Positions 39,943 through 51,099 of a stretch of 64,000 bases of DNA are shown one piece after another. Each line of letters opens with the position of its first letter. The stretch's first letter is position 1. The position numbers and the translations under genes were made by a program. The stretch lies in the NCBI GenBank assembly GCA_963840935.1, contig CAWJAS010000001.1, positions 192,875-256,874 of the forward strand, written 5' to 3'. The DNA is from Candidatus Magasanikiibacteriota bacterium. GTDB lineage: Bacteria > Patescibacteriota > Patescibacteriia > Magasanikbacterales > GWA2-37-8. The notes under the pieces are model-generated. The model was not told the origin of the DNA and did no database searches. It saw nothing but the letters and a program-made list of their open reading frames with translations.

Positions 39943-40509
39943 TTAGAATTTCACCTGCACATTTTGCTTTTCGCCTTCTGACGCTTGGAAGAAATCGTAT
40001 TTAGAGAATTTTAAAGCGCCGGCAATCATGTTGGTCGGGAAAACTTGAATTTTGGTGTTGAAGTCGCGAACATTGCCGTTGTAAAATCTGCGAGACGCTT
40101 GAATTTTGTTTTCAGTGTCCGACAATTCATCTTGAAGTTGTAAAAAGTTTTGGCTGGCTTTCAAATCAGGATAATTTTCCGAAACAGCGAATAAAGATTT
40201 TAAAGTATTGGAAAGCATATTTTCCGCATTTTCTCGGTCGGCCATAGAGGCATTTTTATTGTCGTGCACTTGCATGGCGGAGGCGCGCGCTTCGGTAACT
40301 TTTTGCAAAGTTCCTTGTTCGTGCGTCATATAACCTTTGACTGTTTCCACCAAATTGGGGATTAAGTCATATCGGCGTTTAAGTTGGACATCAATGTCGC
40401 TATAAGCTTCATCAACTTGATTTTTACTTCTGATTAACCCGTTATATGTGGCGATTAACCATATAATAACTATTGCCAAAATAATCAGGACAATATAAGA
40501 TATACCCAT
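39943..40509 (-). CDS. lemA: LemA family protein
   Basis: IDVQLKRRYDLIPNLV, ENYPDLKAS, RRFYN. Confidence 0.97.
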   Translation of the reverse strand: MGISYIVLIILAIVIIWLIATYNGLIRSKNQVDEAYSDIDVQLKRRYDLIPNLVETVKGYMTHEQGTLQKVTEARASAMQVHDNKNASMADRENAENMLSNTLKSLFAVSENYPDLKASQNFLQLQDELSDTENKIQASRRFYNGNVRDFNTKIQVFPTNMIAGALKFSKYDFFQASEGEKQNVQVKF

Positions 40510-40590
40510 ACTTTTTATTATTTAGCCGGTTGCTTAAGCGCAACCATAACCGTTTTATTATAGCATTTTGACGAGAAAAGTAAATATATT

Positions 40591-41772
40591 ATGACTACAT
40601 TACTTATTTTTATCGCCGTACTCGCCGTCTTGGTATTGTCGCATGAATTCGGGCATTTTATTGCTGCGCGCAAGAGTGGAATGAGAGTTTATGAATTCGG
40701 CTTTGGATTTCCTCCGAGGATTTTTGGTTTTCAACGATTAACAAAAGGAAAAGAAAAGAAGTGGCGGTTTATTCGGGGCAACAAAGAAATGATAGAAGAG
40801 ATTACTCCGGATGGTTTTGAGTGTGATACATTGTATTCTTTTAATTGGATTCCGGTCGGTGGATTTGTGCGCGTTAAAGGTGAAGAAAAAGAAAGCGGTG
40901 ATAAAGATTCTTTTAACACGGCCAAAACTTGGAAAAAGGCGATTTTTATTTCTGCCGGTGTTTTGTGTAATATTATTTTGGCGGCCGTTTTATTTTCTAT
41001 CGGTTATTTGGTCGGGTCGCCGGCTTTGGTTGATAACTATAAAGACGTGAGCCATGTTAAAGATAGACAACTGACCATTATGCAAATTTTGCCTGATAAG
41101 CCGGCCGATGTCGCCGGTATTCAGAACGAAGATGTGATTGTTCAAATCGGTGAAATTCAAAATCCGCGTCTAAAAGAAATGCAAAATTACGTTGATGCGA
41201 ACAAAGATTCTGAAATCGCTTTTGTTATTAAAAGAGGCGAAGAATTATTAACAATAAATATCCAGCCGATGACTTATGAAGATACCGGCAAGGGCGGAAT
41301 TGGCGTCGGTATCGCCGAAATCGGAACGGTAAAATATCCTTGGTATTCGGCTTTGTTTTATGGTTTTAAAGACGCGATTATTTATTTAAAAGCAATATTT
41401 GTCGCTTTTTATCATTTAATCATCGGTTTATTTGCCGGCAAAGGAGGCGGGGACGCGGTGTCCGGCCCGATTGGCATCGCGATAATGGCCGGTCAAGTTG
41501 CCAAAATGGGTCTGGTATATTTATTGCAGTTTATGGCCGTGTTATCTTTAAATTTGGCGGTAATAAATATTTTACCAATTCCGGCGCTTGATGGCGGACG
41601 CTTGCTTTTTTTGGCTCTCAATAAATTCAAAAAAATTAATTTTGCCAAATACGAACAAATGGCGCATGCCGTTGGTTTTGCCTTGCTCATGCTTTTGGTT
41701 GTGGCGGTGACGGTCAAGGATATCGGCAATTTTAAAGGCGTGTTTTTGGATTTTTTTAAAAGAATTTTTTAG
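40591..41772 (+). CDS. rseP: RIP metalloprotease RseP (M50, PDZ)
   Basis: HEFGH, IPVGGFV, PDZ region, NILPIPALDGG. Confidence 0.95.
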   Translation: MTTLLIFIAVLAVLVLSHEFGHFIAARKSGMRVYEFGFGFPPRIFGFQRLTKGKEKKWRFIRGNKEMIEEITPDGFECDTLYSFNWIPVGGFVRVKGEEKESGDKDSFNTAKTWKKAIFISAGVLCNIILAAVLFSIGYLVGSPALVDNYKDVSHVKDRQLTIMQILPDKPADVAGIQNEDVIVQIGEIQNPRLKEMQNYVDANKDSEIAFVIKRGEELLTINIQPMTYEDTGKGGIGVGIAEIGTVKYPWYSALFYGFKDAIIYLKAIFVAFYHLIIGLFAGKGGGDAVSGPIGIAIMAGQVAKMGLVYLLQFMAVLSLNLAVINILPIPALDGGRLLFLALNKFKKINFAKYEQMAHAVGFALLMLLVVAVTVKDIGNFKGVFLDFFKRIF

Positions 41773-41781
41773 TTTTAAAAT

Positions 41782-42813
41782 ATGAAAAACGATTTGGAAT
41801 CATTAAAAAAGTCTGCCCTTCTTAATATTGGCCAAGCGTCTGACGCAATGGCGCTTGAACAAATAGAAAATGAATTACTTGGCCGTAAAAACGGACGCTT
41901 GACGGAAATTATGAAGGGGCTGAAAGATTTGTCGCCGGAAGAGAAAAAAACGATCGGCCAATCAGCCAATGACATAAAAAATGAAATTGAAAAAGCCATA
42001 AGTGTTCGAAGTTCTGAATTAAACAAGGAAACTTGGTCGGCGCAGTGTGAAAAAGAAAAAATTGATTTGTCGGCGCCTTCTTTACCCAAACAAGAATTCG
42101 GCCATTTTCACCCAAACACAATAGTCCAAAAAAATTTGGAAGATTTTTTTGCTTCAATGGGTTTCATGGTTCTTGACGGACCGGAGCTGGAAAGCGAATA
42201 TTTTAATTTTACCGCTTTGAACATTCCGGCCGAACATCCGGCTCGCGATACACAGGACACATTCTACATAAAAAATCATCCGGATTGGGTGATGCGAACT
42301 CACACTTCGCCCATGCAGGTGAGAGCGATGCAAAAATACGGCGCCCCTTTGCGGGTAATCGGTCCGGGACGGTGTTTTAGAAACGAATCAACCGACGCGC
42401 GGCATGAACATACTTTTTTGCAACTTGAAGGATTTGCCATTGATGAACATTTAACTCTGGCTAATTTAAAAGGTGTTTTTGAAGCGGTGGCAAAATTTTT
42501 GTATGGTCCTGAAACAAAAATTCGTTTGCGTCCAAAACACTACCCGTTCGTGGAACCCGGAGTAAACGGCGAAGTTTCGTGTTTTTTATGCGGGGGTAAA
42601 GGATGTCGGGTTTGCAAACAGACCGGCTGGATGGAAATATTCGGCGCCGGCATGATTCACCCGGATGTGCTAAAAGAAGGTGGAATCGATCCGGCCAAGC
42701 ATCAAGGGTTCGCTTTTGGTTTTGGCTTAACGAGGATGGCGATGCTAAAGTATGATATTGACGACGTGCGTTTGACGCAGGGCGGGGACATGAGATTTTT
42801 AAAACAATTTTAA
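41782..42813 (+). CDS. pheS: Phenylalanine--tRNA ligase alpha subunit
   Basis: HPARDTQDTFY, RTHTSP, PFVEP, GFAFGFG. Confidence 0.98.
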   Translation: MKNDLESLKKSALLNIGQASDAMALEQIENELLGRKNGRLTEIMKGLKDLSPEEKKTIGQSANDIKNEIEKAISVRSSELNKETWSAQCEKEKIDLSAPSLPKQEFGHFHPNTIVQKNLEDFFASMGFMVLDGPELESEYFNFTALNIPAEHPARDTQDTFYIKNHPDWVMRTHTSPMQVRAMQKYGAPLRVIGPGRCFRNESTDARHEHTFLQLEGFAIDEHLTLANLKGVFEAVAKFLYGPETKIRLRPKHYPFVEPGVNGEVSCFLCGGKGCRVCKQTGWMEIFGAGMIHPDVLKEGGIDPAKHQGFAFGFGLTRMAMLKYDIDDVRLTQGGDMRFLKQF

Positions 42814-42825
42814 TTCTCGGCATTT

Positions 42826-45288
42826 ATGAAAATTTCATTTAATTGGCTTAAACAATACGTTAGTCTGCCGGATTCAATCAGCCCGGAAGAAGTGGGCGAG
42901 AAATTAAAATTGGCCACGGTTGAAGTGGAAGAAATTACGAGTCAAGGAAAAAATTTGGAAAATATTGTCGTCGGCAAAGTCCTGTCGGTTGAAAAGCATC
43001 CGCAAGCGGATAAATTTAAAATTTGCCAAGTGGATGTCGGCGATGAAAAATTGAAAATTGTTTGCGGTGGTAGCAATGTTTATGAAAAAATGATTACCGT
43101 CGTGGCAAAAATCGGCGCCAAAGTTAAATGGCACGGGGAAGGCGACTTGGTTGAATTGAAACTAACCGCCATTCGGGGAGAAGAATCAAAAGGTATGATT
43201 TGCGGAGCTTCGGAAGTCGGTTTTGAAGACCTATTCCCGCCAAAAGACGACCATGAAATTTTGGATTTAACCGGCGTAGTGGCCGACAAATTCATCGGCA
43301 AGCCGATTGCTTCGGCGCTCGGACTTAATGATTCGGTTTTTGAAATCGACAACAAGTCGCTCAGCAACCGTCCGGATTTGTGGGGGCATTATGGTATGGC
43401 GCGTGAAACGGCAACACTGTTTTCAAAAACATTAAAAGAATATCCGATTGAAGCGATTAAAAAAATAAAAAATGAATTGGATTTGAAAGTTGAAATTGAA
43501 GATGTTAAATTGTGCCCGCGATATATGGCGGTCGCCGTTGCCGGTGTGGAGGTGGGTGAATCGCCCGGTTGGTTAAAACAATATTTGTTATCGGCCGGTT
43601 TGCGCCCGATAAACAATATTGTTGACATTACAAATTATGTGATGCTTGATTTGGGCGAACCGATGCACGCGTTTGATGCGGACCAGCTCACAAAAAACAA
43701 GGAACAAGGAATAAACATTATGGTTCGTAAAGCAAAGAAAGAAGAAGTTTTAAAACTGCTTGACGGAGAAGAAATAAAGCTTGTTGAAGAAGACCTGGTA
43801 ATCGCCAATTCGCAAAAAGCATTGGCTTTGGCCGGTGTGATGGGCGGAGAAAAAAGCGGAATAAACGATAAGACGGAAACAATAATTTTTGAAGCGGCGA
43901 ATTTTAATGCTTCTTCAATCAGAAAAACTTCGGTTCGTTTGGGCGTGCGCACGGATTCTTCGGCCAGATTCGAAAAAAGCCTTGATCCGAATTTGTGCGA
44001 AACAGCCATTAAAAAAGCCGTGCAGTTGGTGCTGGAGTTTTGCCCCAAAGCCAAAGTGACGAGTAAAATAATTGATGAGAAAAATTTTTCTTTGGCTGTC
44101 GGGCCTTTGATGGTTGAAAAAAATATTTTTGCCAAAAAATTAGGTATTGAAATTCCGGAAAAAAAGATAGTTGAAATTTTTGAACGTCTTGGTTTTGTGG
44201 TGGTGGACAAAGGGGATAAATTATCGATTAAAATTCCGACTTGGAGGGCGACCAAAGACGTGAGTATTGCCGAAGATTTGGTGGAAGAGGTAGCCAGAAT
44301 TTATGGTTATGAAAATATTCCATCGGATTTGCCCAAAATGACCATAACACCTCCGATTCTCAATCGTTTGCGCGATGTTGAGCACGAAGTCAGAGATTGC
44401 TTGACCCGTGACCTTGGTTATTGTGAAACAAATAATTACGCTTTTGTCAGCAAAGAGCAAATAGAAAAAATGGGAGACAAATCGCAGTATTTGGAATTGG
44501 ACAACCCGTTGTCAAAAGAAAAACCGTTTTTGTGCCGTTCTCTTACGCCCAATTTGATTGAAAACGCTGTAAAAAATATCGAATTTTTTGACACAGTGGC
44601 TTTGTATGAAATAGCCAAAGTTTTTTGGCCGGAAGAACCGGGAGTTCGGTCCGGTGAAAATGATTCCGAGCTTTTGCCCAGGCAAGATGTATTTTTGACC
44701 GTCTTGTTCGCGCAAAAGAAAAATGAAAATCCGTTAGTGGAAATCAGGCGAGCTTTGGAAAGAATTGCCGGTCAATTTAATATTGATTATTCAGTTAATG
44801 AATTATCAAGCGTCAAAGAATGGCAACACGCGGGCAGAAGCGGAGAGGTCTTAATGAACGACGGAAGTGTTGGTTCAATATATGAACTTAATCCGTTCAC
44901 GGCCGATAAATTCGGATTAAAGCCGGTGAGAGCCGCTATTTTGGAAATTAATTTAAGTATTTTTGCCGGTTTGCCGATAAAAGAAAAAAAATACAAAAAA
45001 ATACCCCAATTTCCGGAGATGATTCGCGACTTGTCATTTGTTGCCGATAAAAAAATTGTTCATAGTCAAATTGTGAGCGCGGTCAAAGAAATTGATAATC
45101 TTTTGGAAGGGATTGAATTATTTGATGTTTATGAAGGAAAGAATTTGCCGGAAAACAAAAAAAGCTTGGCTTATAGATTTATTTTTTCTCATCCGGATAA
45201 AACATTAAACGCTGATGAAGTGGAAGAGGCGATGAAAAAAATTGAAACCAAATTAAAAAAAGAATTGGGAATTGAAATCAGAAAGTAA
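42826..45288 (+). CDS. pheT: Phenylalanine--tRNA ligase beta subunit
   Basis: tRNA-binding OB fold, NRPDL, RPINNIVDITNYV, DLVEEVARIYGY, C-terminal FDX-ACB. Confidence 0.98.
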   Translation: MKISFNWLKQYVSLPDSISPEEVGEKLKLATVEVEEITSQGKNLENIVVGKVLSVEKHPQADKFKICQVDVGDEKLKIVCGGSNVYEKMITVVAKIGAKVKWHGEGDLVELKLTAIRGEESKGMICGASEVGFEDLFPPKDDHEILDLTGVVADKFIGKPIASALGLNDSVFEIDNKSLSNRPDLWGHYGMARETATLFSKTLKEYPIEAIKKIKNELDLKVEIEDVKLCPRYMAVAVAGVEVGESPGWLKQYLLSAGLRPINNIVDITNYVMLDLGEPMHAFDADQLTKNKEQGINIMVRKAKKEEVLKLLDGEEIKLVEEDLVIANSQKALALAGVMGGEKSGINDKTETIIFEAANFNASSIRKTSVRLGVRTDSSARFEKSLDPNLCETAIKKAVQLVLEFCPKAKVTSKIIDEKNFSLAVGPLMVEKNIFAKKLGIEIPEKKIVEIFERLGFVVVDKGDKLSIKIPTWRATKDVSIAEDLVEEVARIYGYENIPSDLPKMTITPPILNRLRDVEHEVRDCLTRDLGYCETNNYAFVSKEQIEKMGDKSQYLELDNPLSKEKPFLCRSLTPNLIENAVKNIEFFDTVALYEIAKVFWPEEPGVRSGENDSELLPRQDVFLTVLFAQKKNENPLVEIRRALERIAGQFNIDYSVNELSSVKEWQHAGRSGEVLMNDGSVGSIYELNPFTADKFGLKPVRAAILEINLSIFAGLPIKEKKYKKIPQFPEMIRDLSFVADKKIVHSQIVSAVKEIDNLLEGIELFDVYEGKNLPENKKSLAYRFIFSHPDKTLNADEVEEAMKKIETKLKKELGIEIRK

Positions 45289-45375
45289 AATAGTGGAACA
45301 TCCGCTTCGGCGGATGTTTTGTTTTATAGCAAAATCGTGGTATAATTATGGCAAGTTAAAAATTAATATTTATTT

Positions 45376-45762
45376 ATGATTGAGACATCAAAAGATATTT
45401 TATATATCGTAATTTCATTTTGTGTTTTGTGGGCGACAGTATTTCTTTGTTGGATGTTTTATTATGCCGGTAAAATTTTAAAAAATACCAGCCAGATTAT
45501 TGAAGAATTCAGAGTTCGCCTGCAAGCATTGGCCGACGCCATCGGATATATTCAAGAAAAAGTCGAGTATTTGTCGCTCGCCATGAGTTCTGTTTTTAAG
45601 GGCGTGGGTGAAACAGTCAAAGACACGGTTATAAAAAAAGCAAAAAGTTGGATGAATAAAAAATCCGATGACTGCGACAGTTCGGCCAAAGAAGCGGTAG
45701 ACCGAGCGGTGGCAAAAACTGCCGAAGGGATAAATAATATCACAAAAAAGATTAAAGAATAG
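45376..45762 (+). CDS. Hypothetical membrane-anchored coiled-coil protein
   Basis: N-terminal TM; preceded by TGGTATAAT and followed by a terminator at ~45778-45803. Confidence 0.75.
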   Translation: MIETSKDILYIVISFCVLWATVFLCWMFYYAGKILKNTSQIIEEFRVRLQALADAIGYIQEKVEYLSLAMSSVFKGVGETVKDTVIKKAKSWMNKKSDDCDSSAKEAVDRAVAKTAEGINNITKKIKE

Positions 45763-45860
45763 ACATAACAAATCAAATCGCCCGCTTGTTTGCGGGCGTT
45801 TTTTATTAAAAAAGCATGCCTTGCTTTTGCCCAAAAATTACGGTAAGATAAGCCCACAAT

Positions 45861-48800
45861 ATGAGTAATTTTGTTCACTTGCATGTGCATAGCCATTATT
45901 CTTTGCTTGATGGCTTGCCGAAGATTAAGGAATTAGTTTCAACCGCCAAAAAGCGCGGTTTTTCGGCATTGGCTTTGACCGACCACGGCAACATGTATGG
46001 AGCGATTGAGTTTTACGAGCAGTGTCTGAAAAATGAAATAAAACCGATAATCGGCATGGAGGCCTATGTGGCGCCAGGGTCGCGATTTGAAAAAAATGGA
46101 CCGGATAATAAATATTATCATTTGGTTTTGCTTGCGCTTAATTACACCGGTTACAAAAATTTAATGAAGTTGACTTCGCTTGCCAATTTGGAAGGATTTT
46201 ATTACAAACCGCGGATGGACAAGGAGTTATTGAAACAATACAGCGAAGGGTTAGTGGCCAGCTCCGCCTGCATGGGTGGAGAAATAGCTCGGGCGATTTA
46301 AAAAGAAAATAATTATGCCAAAGCAAAAAAAGTCGCTCTTGAATATCAAGAAATTTTTGGCGTGGGTAATTTTTATTTGGAGATGATGGATTTGCCGGCG
46401 CTTGAAGGGCAAACCGAGCTTAATAATAATTTAATTAAACTGTCGGAAGAAACAAAAATTCCTTTGATCGTGACGCGCGATGTTCATTATTTGAACCCCG
46501 AGGATTCCGAGGCGCAGGATATTTTGACCTGTATTAGAGACGGCGTTACTTTGGATGACCCGAATCGGCCGACCGATGCGGGCATTGATTGTTCTTTTGC
46601 CACAGGCGAAGAAATTGCCAAGCGTTTTAAGCATTGCCCGCAAGCGGTTGAAAATACGGCCAAAATCGCCGAGCGAGTTGATTTGCAGATTGAACTTAAT
46701 AAATGGCATTTTCCGCCGATTGCATTGCCCCCCGGAAAAACGGCCGACGAACATTTGCGCGACGAAGTTTATGGGCGTTTACCCGGTTTGACCGAAATTA
46801 CCGATGAAGTAAGAAAAAGAGTTGAGTATGAGTTGGAAATTATTTCTACCAAAGGTTACTCCCCGTATTTTATTGCTGTCGCAGATTATGTGAATTACGC
46901 CAAAGACAATGGTATTATCGAAACAACTCGCGGATCAGCTGCCGGTTCCATGGTTTCATACGCCATGGGAATTGTCACGGTTAATCCAATGTTTTTTAAA
47001 CTTCCTTTTGAGAGATTTTTAAATCCGTTCAGACCGAGTCCGCCGGATATTGATACTGATTTTGCCGATGACAGACGCGACGATATGATTGCTTATGTGA
47101 CAAAAAAATACGGTGAAGACAAGGTGGCGCAAATTATCACTTTTGGTACGATGATGGCGAGAGGTGCCGTGCGCGATGTTGGGCGCGCCTTGGGTTATTC
47201 ATATTCGTTTTGCGACCAAGTGGCAAAATTGATTCCGGCCGGCGCGCAGGGGTTTCAGGTGACCATTGCCACAGCAATGGAAAAAGAAAAAGATTTGCAA
47301 AAAATGTATGATGAAAATGCCCAGGTAAAACGCCTTTTGGATTTGGCGCAAAAAATTGAAGGATGCAATCGGCATACTTCCATTCACGCCGCCGGCGTGG
47401 TAATTTCTCCAACCGCGTTAACGGATTTTACACCGGTTCAGCGTGAAACAGGTGGAGAAAGAATTGTGACACAATACGAAATGCACGCGGTGGAGGCGGC
47501 CGGTGTTTTAAAAATGGATTTTCTAGGTATTCGCAATTTATCTATTTTGGGACATGCGGTTGTAATTATAGAAAAAACAACCGGCAAAAAAGTTGATATA
47601 TTTAAAATTCCTTGGGACGATAAAAAAACCTATGACATGCTTGCCCGTGGTGAAACAGTCGGTGTGTTTCAGCTTTCCAGTTCGGGCATGACCCGTTATT
47701 TAAAAGAATTAAAACCGGCTTCCATTTTTGACATTATGGCCATGGTGGCGCTTTTTCGACCGGGCCCGATGGAAGTTATTCCCGAATACATTAACCGCCG
47801 GCATCATCCCGAAATGATTGAGTATCTGGATCCGAGAATGAAAGATTATTTGGATCAGTCGCTTGGGCTTATTGTTTATCAAGATGATGTACTTTTGACT
47901 GCCATAAATTTGGGCGGATACAATTGGGAAGAAGCGGACAAATTCAGAAAAGCGATGGGCAAAAAAATTCCCGAAGAAATGGCCAAGCAAAAAGAAAAGT
48001 TTTTTAACGGTTGTCGTGAATTCGGAAAATTGCCGGAAGTGAAAATCAATGTGCTTTGGGAACGCATCGCGCCTTTTGCCGCTTATGGTTTTAACAAAGC
48101 GCACGCTTCAAGTTATGCCGTGGTTGCCTATCAAACCGCCTATCTTAAAGCCAATTTTCCGATTCAGTATATGACGGCTATTTTGATTGCCGAGTCGGGC
48201 GATATTGATAAAGTGCCGGCTATTATCGCCGAGTGCGAAAAAATGGGGATAAAAGTTTTGCCTCCGGATGTGAATGAAAGTTTCAAAAATTTTGCCATGA
48301 TTCAAGCCGAGTCGGGCGAATCCGCGCATATTCGTTTTGGTTTGCAAGGAATAAAAAATTTGGGCGAACATATTGCCGAGGTGATTTATCGAGAAAGAAA
48401 AAATAATGGAAAATATAAAGATTTGGAAGATTTTTTGGGTCGAGTGCAGGATAAAGATTTGAATAAAAAATCATTGGAGTCACTGGTCAAATGCGGAGCG
48501 ATGGATTCTTTTGGTTATGACCGCGGTTTACTTTTGGCAAATATCGATAACTTGCTTGCTTTTGTCAGGTCAATAAATGAAAGCACAACCACCAAGCAAG
48601 ATTCATTATTTTTCGGTACGGCCATTGATTTGAATAAAAAAGTCAGATTGGATCCTGCCCATGAAGCCACGGACACAGATAAAATGAATTGGGAAAAAGA
48701 ATTGCTTGGTCTTTATGTTTCGGCCCATCCATTTTCAGAGGTTGAGCAAATTATGAGAAATGTTTTGACTCCGCTAAATGATTTGCAAAGCAAGCCAAGA

Positions 48801-49382
48801 GGCGATTGGGTGGTAGTGGGAGGAGTGATCGATAAGGCAAAAAAGAAAATTACTCGCAAAGGCGACACCATGATGTTTGTTACAATTCAGGATTTGAGCG
48901 GAAGTTTGGAATTATTGGTTTTCCCTCGCACATATGAAACAACCAAAGATGTTTGGGTTGAAGGCAGATTGGTTTGCGTGGTTGGGAAAACTTCGGAAGA
49001 AGAAGGCGATGATAAATTGTTTGTGGAAAAGGCCTATGAATTAAATGAAAATAACGCGCCCGTGATTGCCATGCAGATGAACGCCGGAGTTCAAGCAACA
49101 ACATCTTTTTCTAGGCGCGCCGCGCAAATACCAAATGATTATTATCCGTCAGAGCCGGAAAATTATTATCCGGAAACCGGGCTTTTGATTACGCTTGCGT
49201 CGGCTGAAGTCAAAGAAAAAGCGGATGCCATTAAAGAAATTTTGGAGAAATATCCGGGTGATAAGCAGGTTTATTTGGCCGTCGCGGGAAAAAGAATAAA
49301 AACATCATATTTAATTAAAATGACGGCTGATTTGGCGAATGAATTGGATGAACTTTTGGGGAAAGGGAAGTTGAAGTATTAG
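45861..49382 (+). CDS. dnaE: DNA polymerase III alpha subunit, with one in-frame TAA at 46299-46301
   Basis: HLHVHSHYSLLDG, ALTDHG (PHP); the frame continues through the stop (EIARAI*KENNYAKAKKVALEYQEIFG) into RGSAAGS, PPDIDTDF, YGFNKAH. Confidence 0.93.
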
Positions 49383-49391
49383 CGCGCTTTT

Positions 49392-49535
49392 TATTTCAGA
49401 ATTATTACCTTTCGCAAACAGCGTCGGTCGACTCCTGCGGTCGACCGCGCTTCTTCGCTCGCCCGGATATCCGCCTTCGGCGGAACCGAGCTATCCGGGC
49501 TGCGCGACGTTGCTCAAGATAATAATTCCGAAATA
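49392..49535. mobile_element. MITE/REPIN-like element with 20-bp imperfect terminal inverted repeats
   Basis: TATTTCAGAATTATTACCTT / AAGATAATAATTCCGAAATA (18/20) enclosing two GC-rich hairpins. Confidence 0.55.
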
Positions 49536-49563
49536 CTTAATCAAAGGAATGACAAGCAATGCT

Positions 49564-50487
49564 ATGCCTGAATTGCCTGAAGTGGAGACAATAAAACGGC
49601 AATTGCGAAAAGAAATAACCGGAAAAAAAATAGCCGGCGTTTTGGTGCTAGCCGATAAAACTTTGAAAATGCCGAAGGCGCGGTTTATAAAAAATGTTGT
49701 CGGCGCGAAAGTAAAAAGCGTGCAAAGGCGCGCCAAGCTTTTGATTTGGAATTTGAATAATGATTGGTCGATTTTAACCCATCTAAAAATGACGGGGCAG
49801 TATGTTATTAACATATCGCGCCAGGATTTGTCATTGCGAGGATCCGCCAATTGGCGGAGACGCGGCAATCTATTGTCGCGGTCGCGTGTCATTCTGAACG
49901 AAGTGGAGCGAAGTGAAGAATCTTTTGTCGCGTACAAACACACGCGTGTTGTTTTTTCTTTTGGTTCAAAATTAAAGATAATGTTTAATGACATGCGCCG
50001 GTTTGGGTATTTGAAATTATTTGAAACAAAAGATTTGCCGAAGTTTTTAGACGAGGAATACGGTCCGGAACCGCTTGATAAAAAATTTACTTTGAAAAAA
50101 TTTGAAGAAGTTTTGAAACGCCGGCCGAATATGAAAATAAAACAGCTTTTGATGGAACAAAAACTGATTGCTGGAGTGGGGAATATTTACGCGCAGGAAG
50201 CGTGTTTTATGGCGCGAGTTTTGCCGACGAGGTCGGCGAAGAGTTTGAAGCCAATTGAACACAAAAAAATATTTAATAGTTTTAGAAAAGTTATGAGCGA
50301 AGCGATAAAATATGGAGGCAGTTCATCAGAAAATTATTTGAATTTATACGGCAAACAGGGCGACTTTGTAAAACGGCTCAAGGTATACGGTCGGGCAAAA
50401 CAAAAATGCCGGCGGTGTGGTGGCGTGCTCAAAACGATTAGATTGGGTGGTCGAGGCACTGTTTACTGTGGAAAGTGCCAGAAGTAG
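49564..50487 (+). CDS. mutM: Formamidopyrimidine-DNA glycosylase (Fpg/MutM) with an in-frame REP-like insertion
   Basis: MPELPEVE start, HLKMTG, DMRRFG, GVGNIYA, C4 zinc finger. Confidence 0.96.
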   Translation: MPELPEVETIKRQLRKEITGKKIAGVLVLADKTLKMPKARFIKNVVGAKVKSVQRRAKLLIWNLNNDWSILTHLKMTGQYVINISRQDLSLRGSANWRRRGNLLSRSRVILNEVERSEESFVAYKHTRVVFSFGSKLKIMFNDMRRFGYLKLFETKDLPKFLDEEYGPEPLDKKFTLKKFEEVLKRRPNMKIKQLLMEQKLIAGVGNIYAQEACFMARVLPTRSAKSLKPIEHKKIFNSFRKVMSEAIKYGGSSSENYLNLYGKQGDFVKRLKVYGRAKQKCRRCGGVLKTIRLGGRGTVYCGKCQK

Positions 50488-50677
50488 ATGAATTTACAGC
50501 GGGAATTTGGTTCGTTTTTTTCAAAAAACGGGCTTTTTATTTTTGCGATTTTGACTAATATTAGCTAAGAAAGAGTATTGACAAAACTGTTAAGATGTGC
50601 CATCATATTATCAAGTTCTTTGAAAATCCTGCCACTGTTTAGCGGGTTCCTGGCCCGGGATTAGGGCACGGAGGCAG

Positions 50678-50890
50678 GTGTACCAGCCTGTATTAAATAT
50701 GGCAAAAATATTTGCGCTCATGGGCTTCGTGTTCCTTACGGCGGTATTCGCTACGTTCATCGAGACAATCATGTTGGAAGTGAAATACGAGAAGAGCGTG
50801 AGTCGGGTGACTCGGATATGTCACAAGACGTTGCTCATGGCATGGGGCACGGGCACCTTCGCCTTCTTTCAGTGGCTCGGCGTCCTGTGA
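50678..50890 (+). CDS. Small two-TM membrane protein (stand-alone cassette)
   Basis: Two hydrophobic segments; TTGACA at 50578; start GTG 50678 or ATG 50699. Confidence 0.65.
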   Translation: MYQPVLNMAKIFALMGFVFLTAVFATFIETIMLEVKYEKSVSRVTRICHKTLLMAWGTGTFAFFQWLGVL

Positions 50891-51099
50891 CTATCGTCTC
50901 GCTTCTATCTGAGCGAGGTCGATGACAGATAGGCACCTGCCGCCGTTTTTTAATCAGCAATTAGTTCATCTTTTTATCCAGTTACACAGCGTTTCCGGCG
51001 AACACGCTTTCCAAAGTTCGCCTTCCACATTTAGTTTGAAAAAACTTTCAAACTGATTAGGAAAAATAAAAAAGACCTTCGTTCTAGCGAGGGTCTTTT

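Noticed and set aside
11464-46301. Stop-codon reassignment explaining the recO TAG and dnaE TAA
   Set aside because: Two different codons are involved, and both end many intact genes here (TAA for ribosomal proteins; TAG for asnS, parB, dnaE). Trp is TGG and TGA acts as stop in truB.
45861-49382. Split-intein dnaE
   Set aside because: No intein N- or C-terminal motifs; the sequence across the stop is colinear PHP domain.
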